64,000 nt of DNA from Octopus vulgaris (lineage: Eukaryota), in contig OX597819.1 in assembly GCA_951406725.2 (NCBI GenBank), positions 33,852,001 to 33,916,000 of the forward strand, written 5' to 3'. Positions 1 through 11,639 of the stretch are shown here, one piece after another. Both the position numbers and the translations under genes were made by a program. How positions within the stretch are numbered: position 1 is the first letter of the stretch; each line of letters opens with the position of its first letter. The notes under the pieces are model-generated. The model was not told where the DNA came from and did not search any database. It saw only the letters and a program-made list of their open reading frames with translations.

Positions 1-757
1 TTTAACTCTGCTGTGCATATTCACTAAGTTTTAACATTCTAGCTCACTTCTGCTGTTTACAGCAGTGCTTGGAAGGAAGTTGTGAAACATGTGATCATTG
101 CATTGACCATGACAGAAAGTTGAACAGAGAATCTGCATCAAATTTTGCCAAAAGCTTGGTGATACCTGCTCAGAGGCCTACACAAAGTTTTCAAAAAGTT
201 TGCATCATTCTCGATACAATCAAGATCTTGGGAAGGAACCAGTTTTGACACAAACTTGGCAGACATGTGTCTCATACCCAAATTTTCAATGATAATGGAA
301 TGGACTGAACTGTAACTAATCTGCACATCCTCTGATAACTTACAGATGATGATTTAACAATTTCCCCTCACAGCTGCATGCACATCTGTGATGCCTTTCT
401 CAGTTCTGCTGGTTGTGAGTCTCCCAGAATGTTCATCGGTATCGATATATTTCAGCCATCTTGGAAGCATCTGAACCACTCATACACTTGTGTGTGGCTC
501 ATACACTTTCTGCAACTTTGCATAGACCTCTGAGCAGGTATCGCCATAAGCAACTTTCTCTGTGATGCTCAATGTGACAATCACACACTACACACCTTCC
601 TTCTAAGCACTGCCATAAACAGCGAAAGTGAGTTAGAATGTTAAAACTTAGTGCACATGCACAGCGGAGTCCAAGGTCAATCTGTGCAACTTTACTCTGT
701 GTGCTTTAGCTTCGTTACTATGGGAGCAGTCCAGATACTTATTGATCAGACCTCATA
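1..757. mobile_element. Fold-back (head-to-head) non-autonomous mariner relic made of two 5' transposon ends
   Basis: The + strand at ~125-200 reads QRICIKFCQKLGDTCSEAY (mariner N-terminus). The - strand at ~545-235 reads DTCSEVYAKLQKVY..QVYEWFRCFQDG..SYSSVHSIIIENLGMRHMSAKFVSKL (HTH region and the motif before WVPR). Positions 5-200 are an imperfect reverse complement of ~510-670. A mariner-type TIR (gatacttattgatcagacctca) followed by TA lies at 728-757. Confidence 0.8.
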
Positions 758-778
758 TAAATGTGTGTGTGTGTGTGT

Positions 779-1550
779 ATGGAGGACTGTAGTCTTCTCT
801 GGTGAAAGTCGATACTGCATTTTTGTGGCAGATGGCAGAGCTACGGTTTGGAGAAGAAAGGGTGAATGTCATGCCAATGGTTGTATGGTGGAGAGAGACT
901 CATAGGGGGGATAAAGCAACATGGTATGGAGTGGAGGTGGTCTTCCAAAATATCGCCCAAGGCTGGTGCAATGGAGTAACCACTGCTAGCTACATCAACC
1001 AAGTGTTGAGGCCTCACATTGTGTCATAATTTGCCCGTCATCAGAATCATGTGTTCCAACATGAGAACACCCATGCCCATACTGCCAGGTTGACAACAGA
1101 CTTCCTCCAACAGCACAATATCCAGAGACTGCCATGGCCTTCCCTAAGTTCAGACTTGAACCCCATAGAGCACCTGTGGGGCAAAATCGAAAGAAGGATA
1201 AATGACATCCATCCAAGGCCAACAACTGAGGCACAACTCACTGCAAGTTTTAACAGAGTGTGGGCTGATATCCCCATGGCCTTCATCAGTTGCTTGGTGC
1301 ATTCAATGTACAGAAGATGCCTGTTGGTAATCAATGCTAACAGTGGTCACACATGATATTGAGTTCATCTCTTTGGATCCAGGACACTCTTTCATCACGT
1401 GACACCATGTAACATCAAACATGTTTTAGGAAATGACGTTTTGTCATTAAGAAAGTACGGTTTCTTAATTAGCACTCTTCAATCAATGCTATAGCAATCT
1501 GTTAATAAACTGGTTTCTATTCAGTATGAGTGCAATGCTTCTTTTGTGGT

Positions 1551-1555
<5 letters not shown>
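779..1555 (+). pseudogene. Tc1-like DD34E transposase relic with 3' TIR
   Basis: Motifs WRTVVFSGESRY (FSDES), VWRRKGE, FQHENT.AHTAR (QQDNA), WPSLSSDLNPIEHLW and LVHSMYRRCLLVINANSGHT, with stops and frameshifts. Both catalytic Asp positions are substituted. A terminus-like sequence cttttgtggttcagt runs into (TA)n. Confidence 0.9.
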
Positions 1556-1606
<51 letters not shown>

Positions 1607-1629
1607 CAATATCTATATTGGATATCGTA

Positions 1630-1790
1630 TTGTGTCAGTAATACCCACACACCAGCTCTGTTTCACTTCTTTATTATTCATCAATCAATTAACTATTTAA
1701 TGAATTAACTTATTGATTGTTTGATCCATTGACGAATAATAAAACAAAAGTGAAATAGAACAAGTGTGCATGTGTTTGTTATTGGCATAC
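1630..1790. repeat. Old imperfect palindrome next to a (TA)n tract
   Basis: ctctgtttcacttctttattattcatcaat pairs imperfectly with attgacgaataataaaacaaaagtgaaatagaac, and the arms extend outward with mismatches. Confidence 0.6.
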
Positions 1791-2329
1791 TGATTCTCCT
1801 GAGATACAACAAATATGTTTCAATACACAAGTTCACATCAAGAACCTTGCAAACCAAATACAGAAGCAACACACACACACACACACACACACATGCATGT
1901 ACTGATTCATACAGATTAAAGCATTTTATGATTTCATAAATCAACAAACACTCAAAATTTATTACATATACAATGAAATGCAATGTGCAAGCTGAAATGA
2001 ACGCATGTTTGTATGTTTACTATATGTATACCATTTAAACATACCTTAGTGTTTATATATGTAACAAAGGGGTACCATTAACTTAGCTGTGCATGGTGAT
2101 GGTGGTGATGTTGGTGATGATGATGTTGATGATAATGATGATGATAATGATGATAATGATGACGACAGCAATGACGACAATGATGATGGTGATGATGATG
2201 ATGACTAGGTGATGATTCATACATTTGAGTCAGTCTTCTCCAAGATATGGGCAATATCCAATTTCCTGGATTATAATGACAAAACAAAAATTATTTTACA
2301 TAGTTTGCAAAAACACATTAGAAATGTAC

Positions 2330-2659
2330 ATTATTTACATTATTTACATTCAACGGCATATGGCATAGTGGCCCACGGGCATATAGCGTAATGGTTAAGA
2401 GCAAGGACTACTAACCCCAAAATTCTGAGTTCGATTCCAAGCAGTGACCTGAACAATAATAATAATAATAATAATAACATCGAAGAATACCTTAGGAATG
2501 AGAACCCAGGTTTGAAATTTCCCCAAGACACCTGAAGAAGGCTGGAGTGTATATCAGCCGAAACGTTGTGTTAACAACAAACCAGATGAGGACAAATATC
2601 CGTTGAATGTAAATAATATAAATAATGTACATAATTCCTCATCTCTTAAATATAGAACT
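2330..2659 (+). mobile_element. Penelope-derived short element with tRNA-like head, (AAT)n, hammerhead ribozyme and 5' inversion
   Basis: A-box tagcgtaatgg at 2384-2394 and B-box gagttcgattcc at 2427-2438, then (AAT)n and a hammerhead at 2527-2572. 2327-2356 is the reverse complement of 2600-2630. A direct repeat acattagaaatgta flanks both ends (~2315-2328 and ~2660-2673). Confidence 0.8.
2527..2572 (+). ncRNA. Minimal type I hammerhead ribozyme (PLE-type)
   Basis: gacac-CTGAAGA-a-ggctg(gagtgtatat)cagcc-GAAACGTT-gtgtt. The core is intact, stem II is 5 bp, stem I is gacac/gtgtt, and stem III is the palindromic ACGT. Confidence 0.8.
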
Positions 2660-2796
2660 ACATTAGAAATGTATTAGGTAGGATGTTTAGCATTTTATAT
2701 CGAGATTGAAACTATACAGACGGTGAGTGACACTCGAGCAGAATATGAGTGAGATGGAAATATCACATGAGTGAAACTAAAATGATATCTTTTAAT

Positions 2797-3586
2797 TTTT
2801 ACTTGCTTCACTTGTTTTTGACAGTGGCCATGCTGGAGCACCACCTTGAAGGGTTTTTAGTCAAACAAATAGATCCTAGGATTTTTACTTTTTTAAGCCT
2901 AGTATTTATTCTATCGGTCTCTGAAATGCTATGTTATAGGGACACAAACAAACTGACACCGGTTGTCAAGTGGTGTAGGACAAACATAGACACACACACA
3001 CACACATACACACACACATGACAGGCTTCTTTCAGTTTCTGTCTACCAGATCCACTCACAAGGCTTTGGCTGGTCCAAGGTTATGGTAGAAGATTCTTGC
3101 CCAAAGTGCCATGCAGTGGGACTGAACCAAAAACTATGTGGTTGGGAAGCAAGTTTCTTAACACAGAGCCACAGCTAGGAGGAGGAAGCACTCCGCCGGT
3201 TACGACGATGAGGGTTCCGGTTGATCCGATCAACGGAACAGCCTGCTCGTGAAATTAACGTGTAAGTGGCTGAGCACTCCACAGACACGTGTACCCTTAA
3301 TGTAGTTCTCGGGGATATTCAGCGTGACACAGAGAGTGACAAGGCCGGCCCTTTGAAATACAGGTACAACAGAAACAGGAAGTAAGAGTGAGAGAAAGTT
3401 GTGGTGAAAGAGTACAGCAGGGATCACCACCATCCCTGCCGGAGCCTCGTGGAGCTTTAGGTGTTTTCGCTCAATAAACACTCACAACGCCCGGTCTGGG
3501 AATCGAAACCGCGATCCTACGACTGCGAGTCCGCTGCCCTAACCACTGGGCCATTGCGCCTCCACACAGAGCCACACCTACACCTA
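2797..3586 (-). mobile_element. CORE-like tRNA SINE (family A), interrupted by a second SINE
   Basis: Reverse complement of the family A copies at 39628-40025 and 55797-56205. It is split at ~3175/3564 by a nested SINE with the duplicated target cacagagccaca. Confidence 0.8.
3176..3563 (-). mobile_element. tRNA-headed SINE (family C; resembles octopus OR-type SINEs), young copy
   Basis: The - strand starts ggaggcgcaatggcccagtggttagggcagcggactcgcagtcgtaggatcgcggtttcgattccc, giving A/B boxes and a TCG anticodon-like loop. It is highly similar to 28055-28437 and has a TSD. Confidence 0.85.
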
Positions 3587-3899
3587 TGTTTAAGAAAATT
3601 GTGTAATTAATGAGAAATGAAAGTTAAAAGTAGGATAAAACTGAAGCATGATTAAATTGATATGAAACTGACTAAAGTTAGATATGTCTGACTAAAGTAA
3701 CAAAAAGACTGGTTGGATAAAACTGTTTAAATTTAGACATGATTGAAGTAACTTTAAAGTGAAACTAAAGTGGGGTTACAGTAGTTTGACAGTTATAATG
3801 AAGATATATGCAAAGCTGAAATAAACACAGAATACGATTAACCATTAAAGGAAATTGATAAAACAATAGTTATATGCTGTGTAAGTTAGATTATATGTA

Positions 3900-4525
3900 G
3901 GTGTGATTATGTGGGTGGAGCTATAACTTAATGACCAGGATTATAGTTTGGTGGGTGGGAGTATAGTTTAGTGGGTGGTTTTATACATGGCAGTAGGTGG
4001 GTTTATGGCTGTATGCGGATGAGCTACAATTGTATGTGCATTGGACTATAGTTAGTTGTAGGTTGGACTACAGATGGCAGTAGGTGTGACTATAGTTGCA
4101 GTACATAGGACTATGTTTGGCAGTGAGTTTCTGCTTCTGATCTTTGTGGGTAAGGCTACAGTTGTACATGAGAGGGACTTTTGTTGGATGTGAATGGGAT
4201 GTGAATGGGATGCATATTATAGTTGTATGCAGGTTGAACAATAGTTGGATGTGGGTGGGGCTACAATTAAATGTGGATAGGAGTAGTTGGATGCAGGTGG
4301 AATTAAAGTTGGATGTGGGTGGAACTAAAGTTGAATATAGGTATACCTACAACTGGATGTTGGTGGGACTACAGTTGGATGTGGGTGAGTCTACAGTTGG
4401 ATGTGGATAGGACTACAATTAAATGTGGATAGGACTAGTTGGATGCAGGTGGAACTAAAATTGGATATAGTTAAGCCTACAACTGGATGAGGGTGGGACT
4501 ACAGTTGGAAGTGGGTGGGAGCAAC
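3900..4525. repeat. Degenerate ~20-21 bp G-rich minisatellite
   Basis: Repeated unit similar to gggactacagttggatgtgggt, with a higher-order duplication at ~4255-4390 and ~4405-4520. Confidence 0.75.
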
Positions 4526-4828
4526 ATTGAATATCCAAGTTAGAAAGCTAAATGTTAGTTAAAAAGTATTACAGCAATAAAACTGAAGTGTGCTCTGGAT
4601 CGAATCAAGTCAAGCAAAAATTAAATAAAGAAGAAAAAACAGTAAAAGATAAAATATGGGCAAGTCTCTTTAGCAGGCAACTCTATAACTGGTGTGTAAA
4701 TTCTATAAGAAAGACAAAGATTTAGACTTTTCAAAGTCAAGTAATGTGGTAAAAGAGTGTTACATCTAAGTGTAGGTCTGTGAGATGCTATTCTAAATAA
4801 GGAGAGATAGGATTAGAGTGAGGGTTAC

Positions 4829-4921
4829 CTTTTCAATGCGAGCAGAGTAAGCATCCGTTCCTGAAAATGCCATTTTTTTCTGTTTCCTTTTATTCGGTGA
4901 ATGTTTCTAACACTGTACAGC
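4829..4921 (-). CDS. Candidate exon of an unidentified host gene
   Basis: Acceptor tcatttctcag and donor AAG|GTAACC bound a 93-nt segment. It reads either as 48 nt of UTR plus MAFSGTDAYSARIEK (in-frame TAG upstream of the ATG) or as a fully open frame LYSVRNIHRIKGNRKKWHFQERMLTLLALK. Confidence 0.45.
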
Positions 4922-5210
4922 CTGAGAAATGAATACTGCTTCTATTCACAATGGTCACCATTGTATTGGTTTAGATATGTAAATTTTGTCTAGTCCATCA
5001 GGCCGACACGATGTTATCGACTTTAAAATGATTACCATTCTCTTTGGTCAAGGAATGGCTGAGAACTGAGAGCATTACTGAATCATGTCGTAGCGATATT
5101 CATTATGATTCAACGGCAAAAGTGTGACTGACCGATGTCCATTAAACCATTTTTGTAGAAATCTCAGTGTAATTTATGTCTCACCCACACACGAAGAGTG
5201 TGTGTGTTTG

Positions 5211-5248
<38 letters not shown>

Positions 5249-6009
5249 GTTGTGTGTGTGTCTGTCTGTCTGTCTGTCTGTCTGTCTGCTCTGTAATTTC
5301 TCTAAGCCATTAAGGTTATTAACAACGAGAATAAATGTCAAAAGTAAAAATATTTTCCACTGTTAGTTGAGATGTGAGAGGATTTATAGTCAAGTACGTG
5401 AATGGCAATAAAGGTTGAAGAAATCAGATTTAGATTTATAAAGTGTTATATATTGACAAATCATCATAAGAAAATAGTAAAATTGGTAGTTCTCTCCATT
5501 TCATTCAAAGCAGAATTCCAGGTAAATGTGATGATCTGTTTCAAAGAAATCATAAGACCAGTTTTAAGTATTTAAGAAGGAATAATAAAGCCGGTCAAAG
5601 ACTCATACATGTACACACACACACACACACACACACACATGCAGCATACACACATACACACATGCACACAGAAACATTTATAAACAGATATACACATAAT
5701 TACTGAGAGGAAGATGTCACATAGATGAGAACAAAAAATGTACAAAGAATGTTAATACGAAAATTTATGTACATTCTGAAAATGATAATATAAAATATAT
5801 AATTCTAAATACATTAAATATATTCAACATACTCATATTTTTATATATCTATTACACACACAGAAAACAAACACATAAACTTACATACATGCACACTAAG
5901 TCATCTAACAAGTAACTTTTTATCTCCCATGTTATTAGTAACTTGCTCTAATGGGATTACTGAAATAAATCTGGATAAAACAAAATAATCATTTGACATT
6001 AGCCAATCT

Positions 6010-6071
<62 letters not shown>

Positions 6072-6208
6072 CCAATAATGCATATGTCTGTTCGTATGCA
6101 TGCAAACGGGAGTATATACATGTGTGTGTGTGTGTGCATTGTTATACTAACCATTATGGATTGGATGTATACTCACACACATATGTATTATATATATATA
6201 TATATATT

Positions 6209-6562
6209 TGTATCAAATGAAATAAAAAAACAGAACACAGAGGATGTCGCGGTTCACGTGTTTCAAGCTTTATAAACAACCTATTCTTACATCAGTGTAT
6301 AATAGACATAACAGATGGTTTAAAGCTTTCTTCAGCCACATGCAATTGTTATTCCAAGTGGCTGAAGAGAGCTTTAAACCATCCTTTATGTCTATTATAC
6401 ACTGATGTAAGAATAGGTCGTTTATAAAGCTTGAAACACGTGTACCGCGACATCCTTTGTGTTCTGTTTTTTATTTCATTTGATACATATACCCTCTCAC
6501 CTCTGCTACTAGCTGGCATATACAGGTGCTTACACTTATCAAGTATTCACCCTAAATTTATT
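6209..6562 (+). mobile_element. Palindromic Penelope-type insertion in (TA)n, with hammerhead ribozyme and unpaired 3' tail
   Basis: Arms 6209-6339 and 6358-6487 are near-perfect reverse complements. The tail 6488-6562 ends in ACCCTAA before (TA)n. Confidence 0.8.
6358..6448 (+). ncRNA. Type I hammerhead ribozyme with long stem II
   Basis: gtgg-CTGAAGA-gagcttt...aaagctt-GAAAC-ACGT-GTA-ccgc, with palindromic stem III (ACACGTGT) and a GUA cleavage triplet. The mirrored copy on the - strand (6249-6339) has GAA instead of GTA. Confidence 0.75.
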
Positions 6563-6565
6563 ATA

Positions 6566-6632
<67 letters not shown>

Positions 6633-6689
6633 TGGTGGATGGATGGATGAATTGATGGAGGATAAATGGATAACCAGATGGAAGGACAA

Positions 6690-7100
6690 ATAAACAAATA
6701 AGATGCCCTCATGCATACTGCTGTCTAACAGATGATAGTGCCATTTATCTTGGCTGGTTCTTCAATGAACCATGAAGGCTATCCTGGAGTACATAGTAGT
6801 TATGGATATGGTCTTTCAAAGCGAGGAGGAATCATGGTATTTTTTTTACAGTCCTGTGATGCAAATGAGCAAACCATTTGCAACACAAATCTTAAGAGGC
6901 CAACTAGCCACTTAATCCCTTTTCAATGAGGGGAACATACAAACCAGATATAATTCATTCTCACCAGGCATTGGGATAGGCAAATATTAAGGGTTTTCCT
7001 GAAGAATGTGCCACCCAGACCCAACATAAGGATTTCAGAGTAAGAGCTTGATGGACTGAAAGACAAAAGGTGGTTGCAAGGAAGGTGTGGAAACTAAAAG
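6690..7100 (+). pseudogene. RTE-clade LINE AP-endonuclease fragment
   Basis: Degraded reading PGVHSSYGYG...CDANEQTICNTNLKRPTSHLIPFQ*GEHTNQI*FILTR matches RTE endonuclease motifs (FCxxNxLxICNT, QIDYIL). Confidence 0.7.
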
Positions 7101-7134
7101 CTTTCACTGCTAAATATATTTATCATTTATTTTC

Positions 7135-7517
7135 TATCTCTTACTTATTTCAGGCATTAGACTGTGGCCATGCTGGGGCACTGTCTGAATAACTTTTAGT
7201 CAAATGAATCGACCCCCATACTTATCTGTTTTTAAATCTAGCACTTATTCTGTTCTTCTCTTCTGCAGAACTGTTAAGTTATGGGGATATAAACACACCA
7301 ACACACATTGTCAAGTAGTGGTGGAGGACAAACAAGCACACATACACATGATGGGTTTCTTTCAGTTTCAATCTACCAAATCCACTCACAAGATTTTAGT
7401 TGGCCTGAGGCTATAGTAAAAGACACTTGCCCAAGGTGCCATGCAATGGGACTGAACCACCAGAACCATATGGTTGGGAAGAAAACACCTCACCACACAA
7501 CCACAACTGGGCCTGTA
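7135..7517 (-). mobile_element. SINE family A copy
   Basis: Contains the gacacttgcccaaggtgcc (CORE-like) and gtggccatgctgg tail motifs shared with other copies. Confidence 0.75.
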
Positions 7518-8259
7518 TGTTCTGAGTGATTCAAAATGGAGCATATGATGAAGGGAAGATGATAGAGACCTATAACCCAGAGAGGACAATCGGGATTTTC
7601 TACATGATAACTTGCTGAAAGCTATGGAAACAGCAGATCTGTGGCTGAAACAAAGCATTCTTTGTTTGACTGGTGCCTTGCTCCAGCCACAAGGCTGTTC
7701 CATAGCTATCAAATTCCACTCAAAGGTATTGGTCAGTTGAAGGGCATGGCTGAAACCTAAAAAGTTGTGCACTGGAATTGAACCCCAAAACAATGTGGCT
7801 GAGAAAGGAGCTTCTAAACCACACTGCTATACCAGCATGCATTTCAATGAAGATGAGTGATGTAATGCACAAGATGCACAGATGCACAATGTATAGAAAA
7901 TGTATAAACTGTTGGATGTGAGAGAGCCTCTACAAAATCCTTTTGACATGCTAGATATGGCAGCTAAATCTCTTTGAAATTACAGACAACCACTAAAACC
8001 TAAAGCATTCAGAATACTCTGTCGAATGTAATGCTTATTGATCCATATTGTTTTTAATTAATTATGCATTATCTTGTAGCTTTGAGATTTTGATGATATA
8101 ATTGTTTATTTTTAGAATGACATTGTAGGGTAGGTGTGAGAGGCTGCATCGTCTCATTTTGAACTGCTTCATTGCCAAGACCTGCTGGAATATTTTGGCC
8201 AGCAATGGCCAGTTTAAACACTAAAATGTTAAAACAAGACACAGCAGACTGTGCTATCC

Positions 8260-8537
8260 AAACTGCACTGTACCAGCAAAATGTTAAAATGTTGGAAAGG
8301 TCATGAATGGAATGTCTTTGATTATAGACCTGCTCAGTCATGGATAACTTCAGAGTAAACATCAAAACTACATGGTTGTAGTCACACTATGACTACAATA
8401 CTAAACTGCACTGTACTTACAAAATGTTGAAAAGGTCATGAATGGAATGTCTTTGATCATAGACCTGCTAAGTTATAGACAACTTCAGGGTAAACACCAA
8501 ACCTACATGGTTATAGTCACACTTGACTATAATACTG
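8260..8537. repeat. Tandem duplication of ~140 bp
   Basis: aaactgcactgtac...gtcatgaatggaatgtctttgat.atagacctgct...gtcacact..gacta.aatact occurs at ~8260-8402 and ~8403-8537. Confidence 0.8.
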
Positions 8538-8849
8538 CCTGTTCTAAATATATCGATGCACCATTTACAGATTTTTCTATTGACATGCAATCACTTTTAT
8601 TGACAACATGCACAGTGTGCAGTTTCTTCATGTTTACAGTCCTATACACATTAACATCAATCCACCTACACATAAACATCAATTCTCAAATATAAGTTAA
8701 AAGCAACAGATATTAAAATGGATAAAAGCATTATAAGATTGGGAAGCAGTAAATCCTGTTAAAATATAGTAGAGTTCAGTCATATTTGTGTACATATAAA
8801 GTTATAGGTATATACATTATTTAAAGTTATATATGTCTGCCTGTGTGTT

Positions 8850-8853
8850 TCTC

Positions 8854-8943
<90 letters not shown>

Positions 8944-9026
8944 CATCTAGCTATCTATCTATCTCTCTATCTATCATGTGTGTGTGTATGAAGCTATATC
9001 TGTGTGTATAAGGGTGTCTGTGTATG

Positions 9027-9058
<32 letters not shown>

Positions 9059-9136
9059 TTATATATATATATTACTCTACCTCTGGTATTTGAGTACACT
9101 TTTTTCCACCTTGTTTCACATTTATGTGTTTACTCC

Positions 9137-9217
<81 letters not shown>

Positions 9218-9234
9218 GTATGTATATATTTATG

Positions 9235-9275
<41 letters not shown>
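8850..9275. repeat. (CTAT)n and (TA)n microsatellite cluster with a short unique insert at 9070-9138
   Basis: Directly visible simple repeats. Confidence 0.9.
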
Positions 9276-9276
<1 letters not shown>

Positions 9277-10145
9277 AGCTACTGTCACATTTACAGTGTT
9301 CTGTTTCATAGCCATAGATGCTACAGAGATATTGTTTGCATGTGTTGTAAAATTACAGTGTCGGCTAATAAACCTACAGATAAGTTCTATAGTATATTAC
9401 ACAGGTTGTTCAGGCTAAATTTGACTGGTTTTTTTAATGTCTTCTCTTTTTTTCCAGGAACAGTTTGATGTATTGGCGAGCAGTCATCAATTAATCTGGA
9501 GAGCATAAAAACTAAAGATGTAGTTGAGAAAATGTTAGCTGACATGTAGGAGTTGAAGTCAGCTGGATACTGGTCAAGCGTTACCTGTATCATGGTGATT
9601 CATGCTAGGTATCAAAGTGTTGACATCATGACTACTGCAAGATAGACTAAAAGGATGTGGCCAGAAGGGAGGGTCAAGACAGGAATTCTGGCTGTGACTA
9701 CATGTTGGAATTCATCCAACAACTGATTAATAGGGCCTTACATTCAACTCAGATGACTATTAGAAGCTGGTGGAGAGGGTGGTTAAACTCTGGCTGGAGG
9801 GAGTTGCTACTGGAAGGCCTTATGTATGACTGCAGGAATCGATCTAATTAAATCCAATTAAAACAGGCATTCATTAGGTAAATCCATGAACAAACAAAGA
9901 AAATTGGATTTCTCCTCCCTTTCTTGATGAAATGAACTACAGCAATATCATTGATGAGGAATATTCTTCTACTGTTATTTAACCCTAACCTATCTTTCTC
10001 TGCTGACAGCATACTTGACTTGTGGAAGCCTTGCTCAACATGTTGTTTGAATAGCTGGGATATTCTAGAAACAGCTGCTAGAGATTATGTAAAATTTTTT
10101 GTTATATAGTCTCAAGCAGCTGGATTAAATGTCCTTGTCAAATCT

Positions 10146-11035
10146 TATTTCTTTACTGCCCACAAGGGGCTACACACAGAGGGGACAAACAAGGACAGAC
10201 AAACAGATTAAGTCGATTATATCGACCCCAGTGTGGTAACTGGTACTTATTTAATTGATTCCGAAAGGATGAAAGGCAAAGTCGACCTCGGCAGAATTTG
10301 AACTCAGAATGTAGCTGCCGACGATATGCCTCTAAGCATTTTACCCGGCGTGATAAAATTCTTATTTCTTTACTACCCACAAGGGGCTACACACAGAGGG
10401 GACAAACAAGGACAGACAAATGGATTAAGTCGATTATATCGATCCCAGTGCATAAGTGGTACTTATTTAATCGACCCCGAAAGGATGAAAGGCAAAGTCG
10501 ACCTCAGTGGAATTTGAACTCAGAACGTAGCGGCAGACGAAATACCGTTAAGCATTTCGACTAGTGAGCTAATGGGATCTTTTCGGTTTGAACGGCGGTT
10601 TTTAACATGATTTCTAGGTAACTAAAAACTTTTAAACTTCGTATACTGGTAGAATGTGTTTATAAAACATCTTTTTCTCTTGGCTTTATTGAGAAAATTC
10701 TATAGTTTGTAAGATATTTGTTGTTTTTTTTTCTTCAATTTCTGCAATTTCAACCAATCAATGACGTCTATTGAGGTAAAAAAAAACATTCTGTGTCGTA
10801 TGAATATGTCCCTCGTTTAAGAATCAATTTGGGTTTATTTACATTTGTGAAGAAAAAAGATACCCTTTCCCCCACCCCTAACCCTAACTAACCCTAACCC
10901 TAAAACAGATTGAAATGCAATAGATCGATACTAGGGTCATAATTATAGGTGACAATTTCATATGACACCACTAGATAAAACTGCTGTTCAAATCGAAAAG
11001 ATCCTGCTAATGTTTCTGCCAGCTCATGCACCTTG
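10146..11035 (-). mobile_element. Tandem dimer of SINE family B (Meta/MESC-like core cctttcatcctttcggggtcgat) with 17-bp TSD
   Basis: Two tandem copies (10146-10360 and 10362-11035). The target duplication aatgtccttgtcaaatc lies at ~10128-10145 and 11041-11057. The second copy is interrupted by a MITE. Confidence 0.8.
10575..11004. mobile_element. MITE with ~28-bp TIRs, 8-bp TSD and internal (CCCTAA)-like repeats (Merlin/MULE-like)
   Basis: TIRs ggatcttttcggtttgaacggcggtttt and aaaactgctgttcaaatcgaaaagatcc. TSD agctaatg/tgctaatg. cctaaccctaacctaaccctaaccctaa at ~10876-10903. Confidence 0.8.
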
Positions 11036-11639
11036 AAATCAATGTCCTTGTCAAATCCTGCCAAACTGTTTGCCTTTTCATTTCTGCTTTCATATATATA
11101 TTATATGAATATAGATCCAAGGATCAAGGTCTAGGAAGAAAGTTAGCTTCAAGCAATCCATAGTAAATACAAAAACTTTCATTTAATCAAGATATCCTTG
11201 GCCAGAAGAGTAGCCTGTGGTATACACCACACTTGAATATTTACCACTTCCGAGGGTCCACTCACTTATGAAACATATATAGCCCAGATCTTATCTACTC
11301 CATACCGTAATCTTGTGTGTGTGTGTGTGTGTGTGTATGCATATGTGTGTGTATGCGCAAACATACATATGAGACAATGTTTTGGCACCAAGGGACATAA
11401 CTCTTAACTCAATCCCGTGCACAATTCATTTCATCATCTTTTTCACAGGAACCACAAACTGAATGTGTCTATGCACCTCCAACAGCAGAGAGCAGTTGCC
11501 ATATTTCATTTTATAATGGCTACCTCTGATGGCCACAGGGTTATGTAATCGGACCTAACACTCAGTTGAACACCTACTGCAGAACGGATTGGTAAGATCA
11601 GCCATAATGGATACATAATATTGTACACTTTGATATATA

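Noticed and set aside
3230-3481. Repeated ORF MVVIPAVLFHHNFLS... (also 28167-28388)
   Set aside because: The identity comes from two copies of the same SINE, not from a gene family.
10876-10903. (CCCTAA)n as a telomere or chromosome fusion scar
   Set aside because: Only about four imperfect units, and they are internal to a TIR/TSD-bounded MITE.
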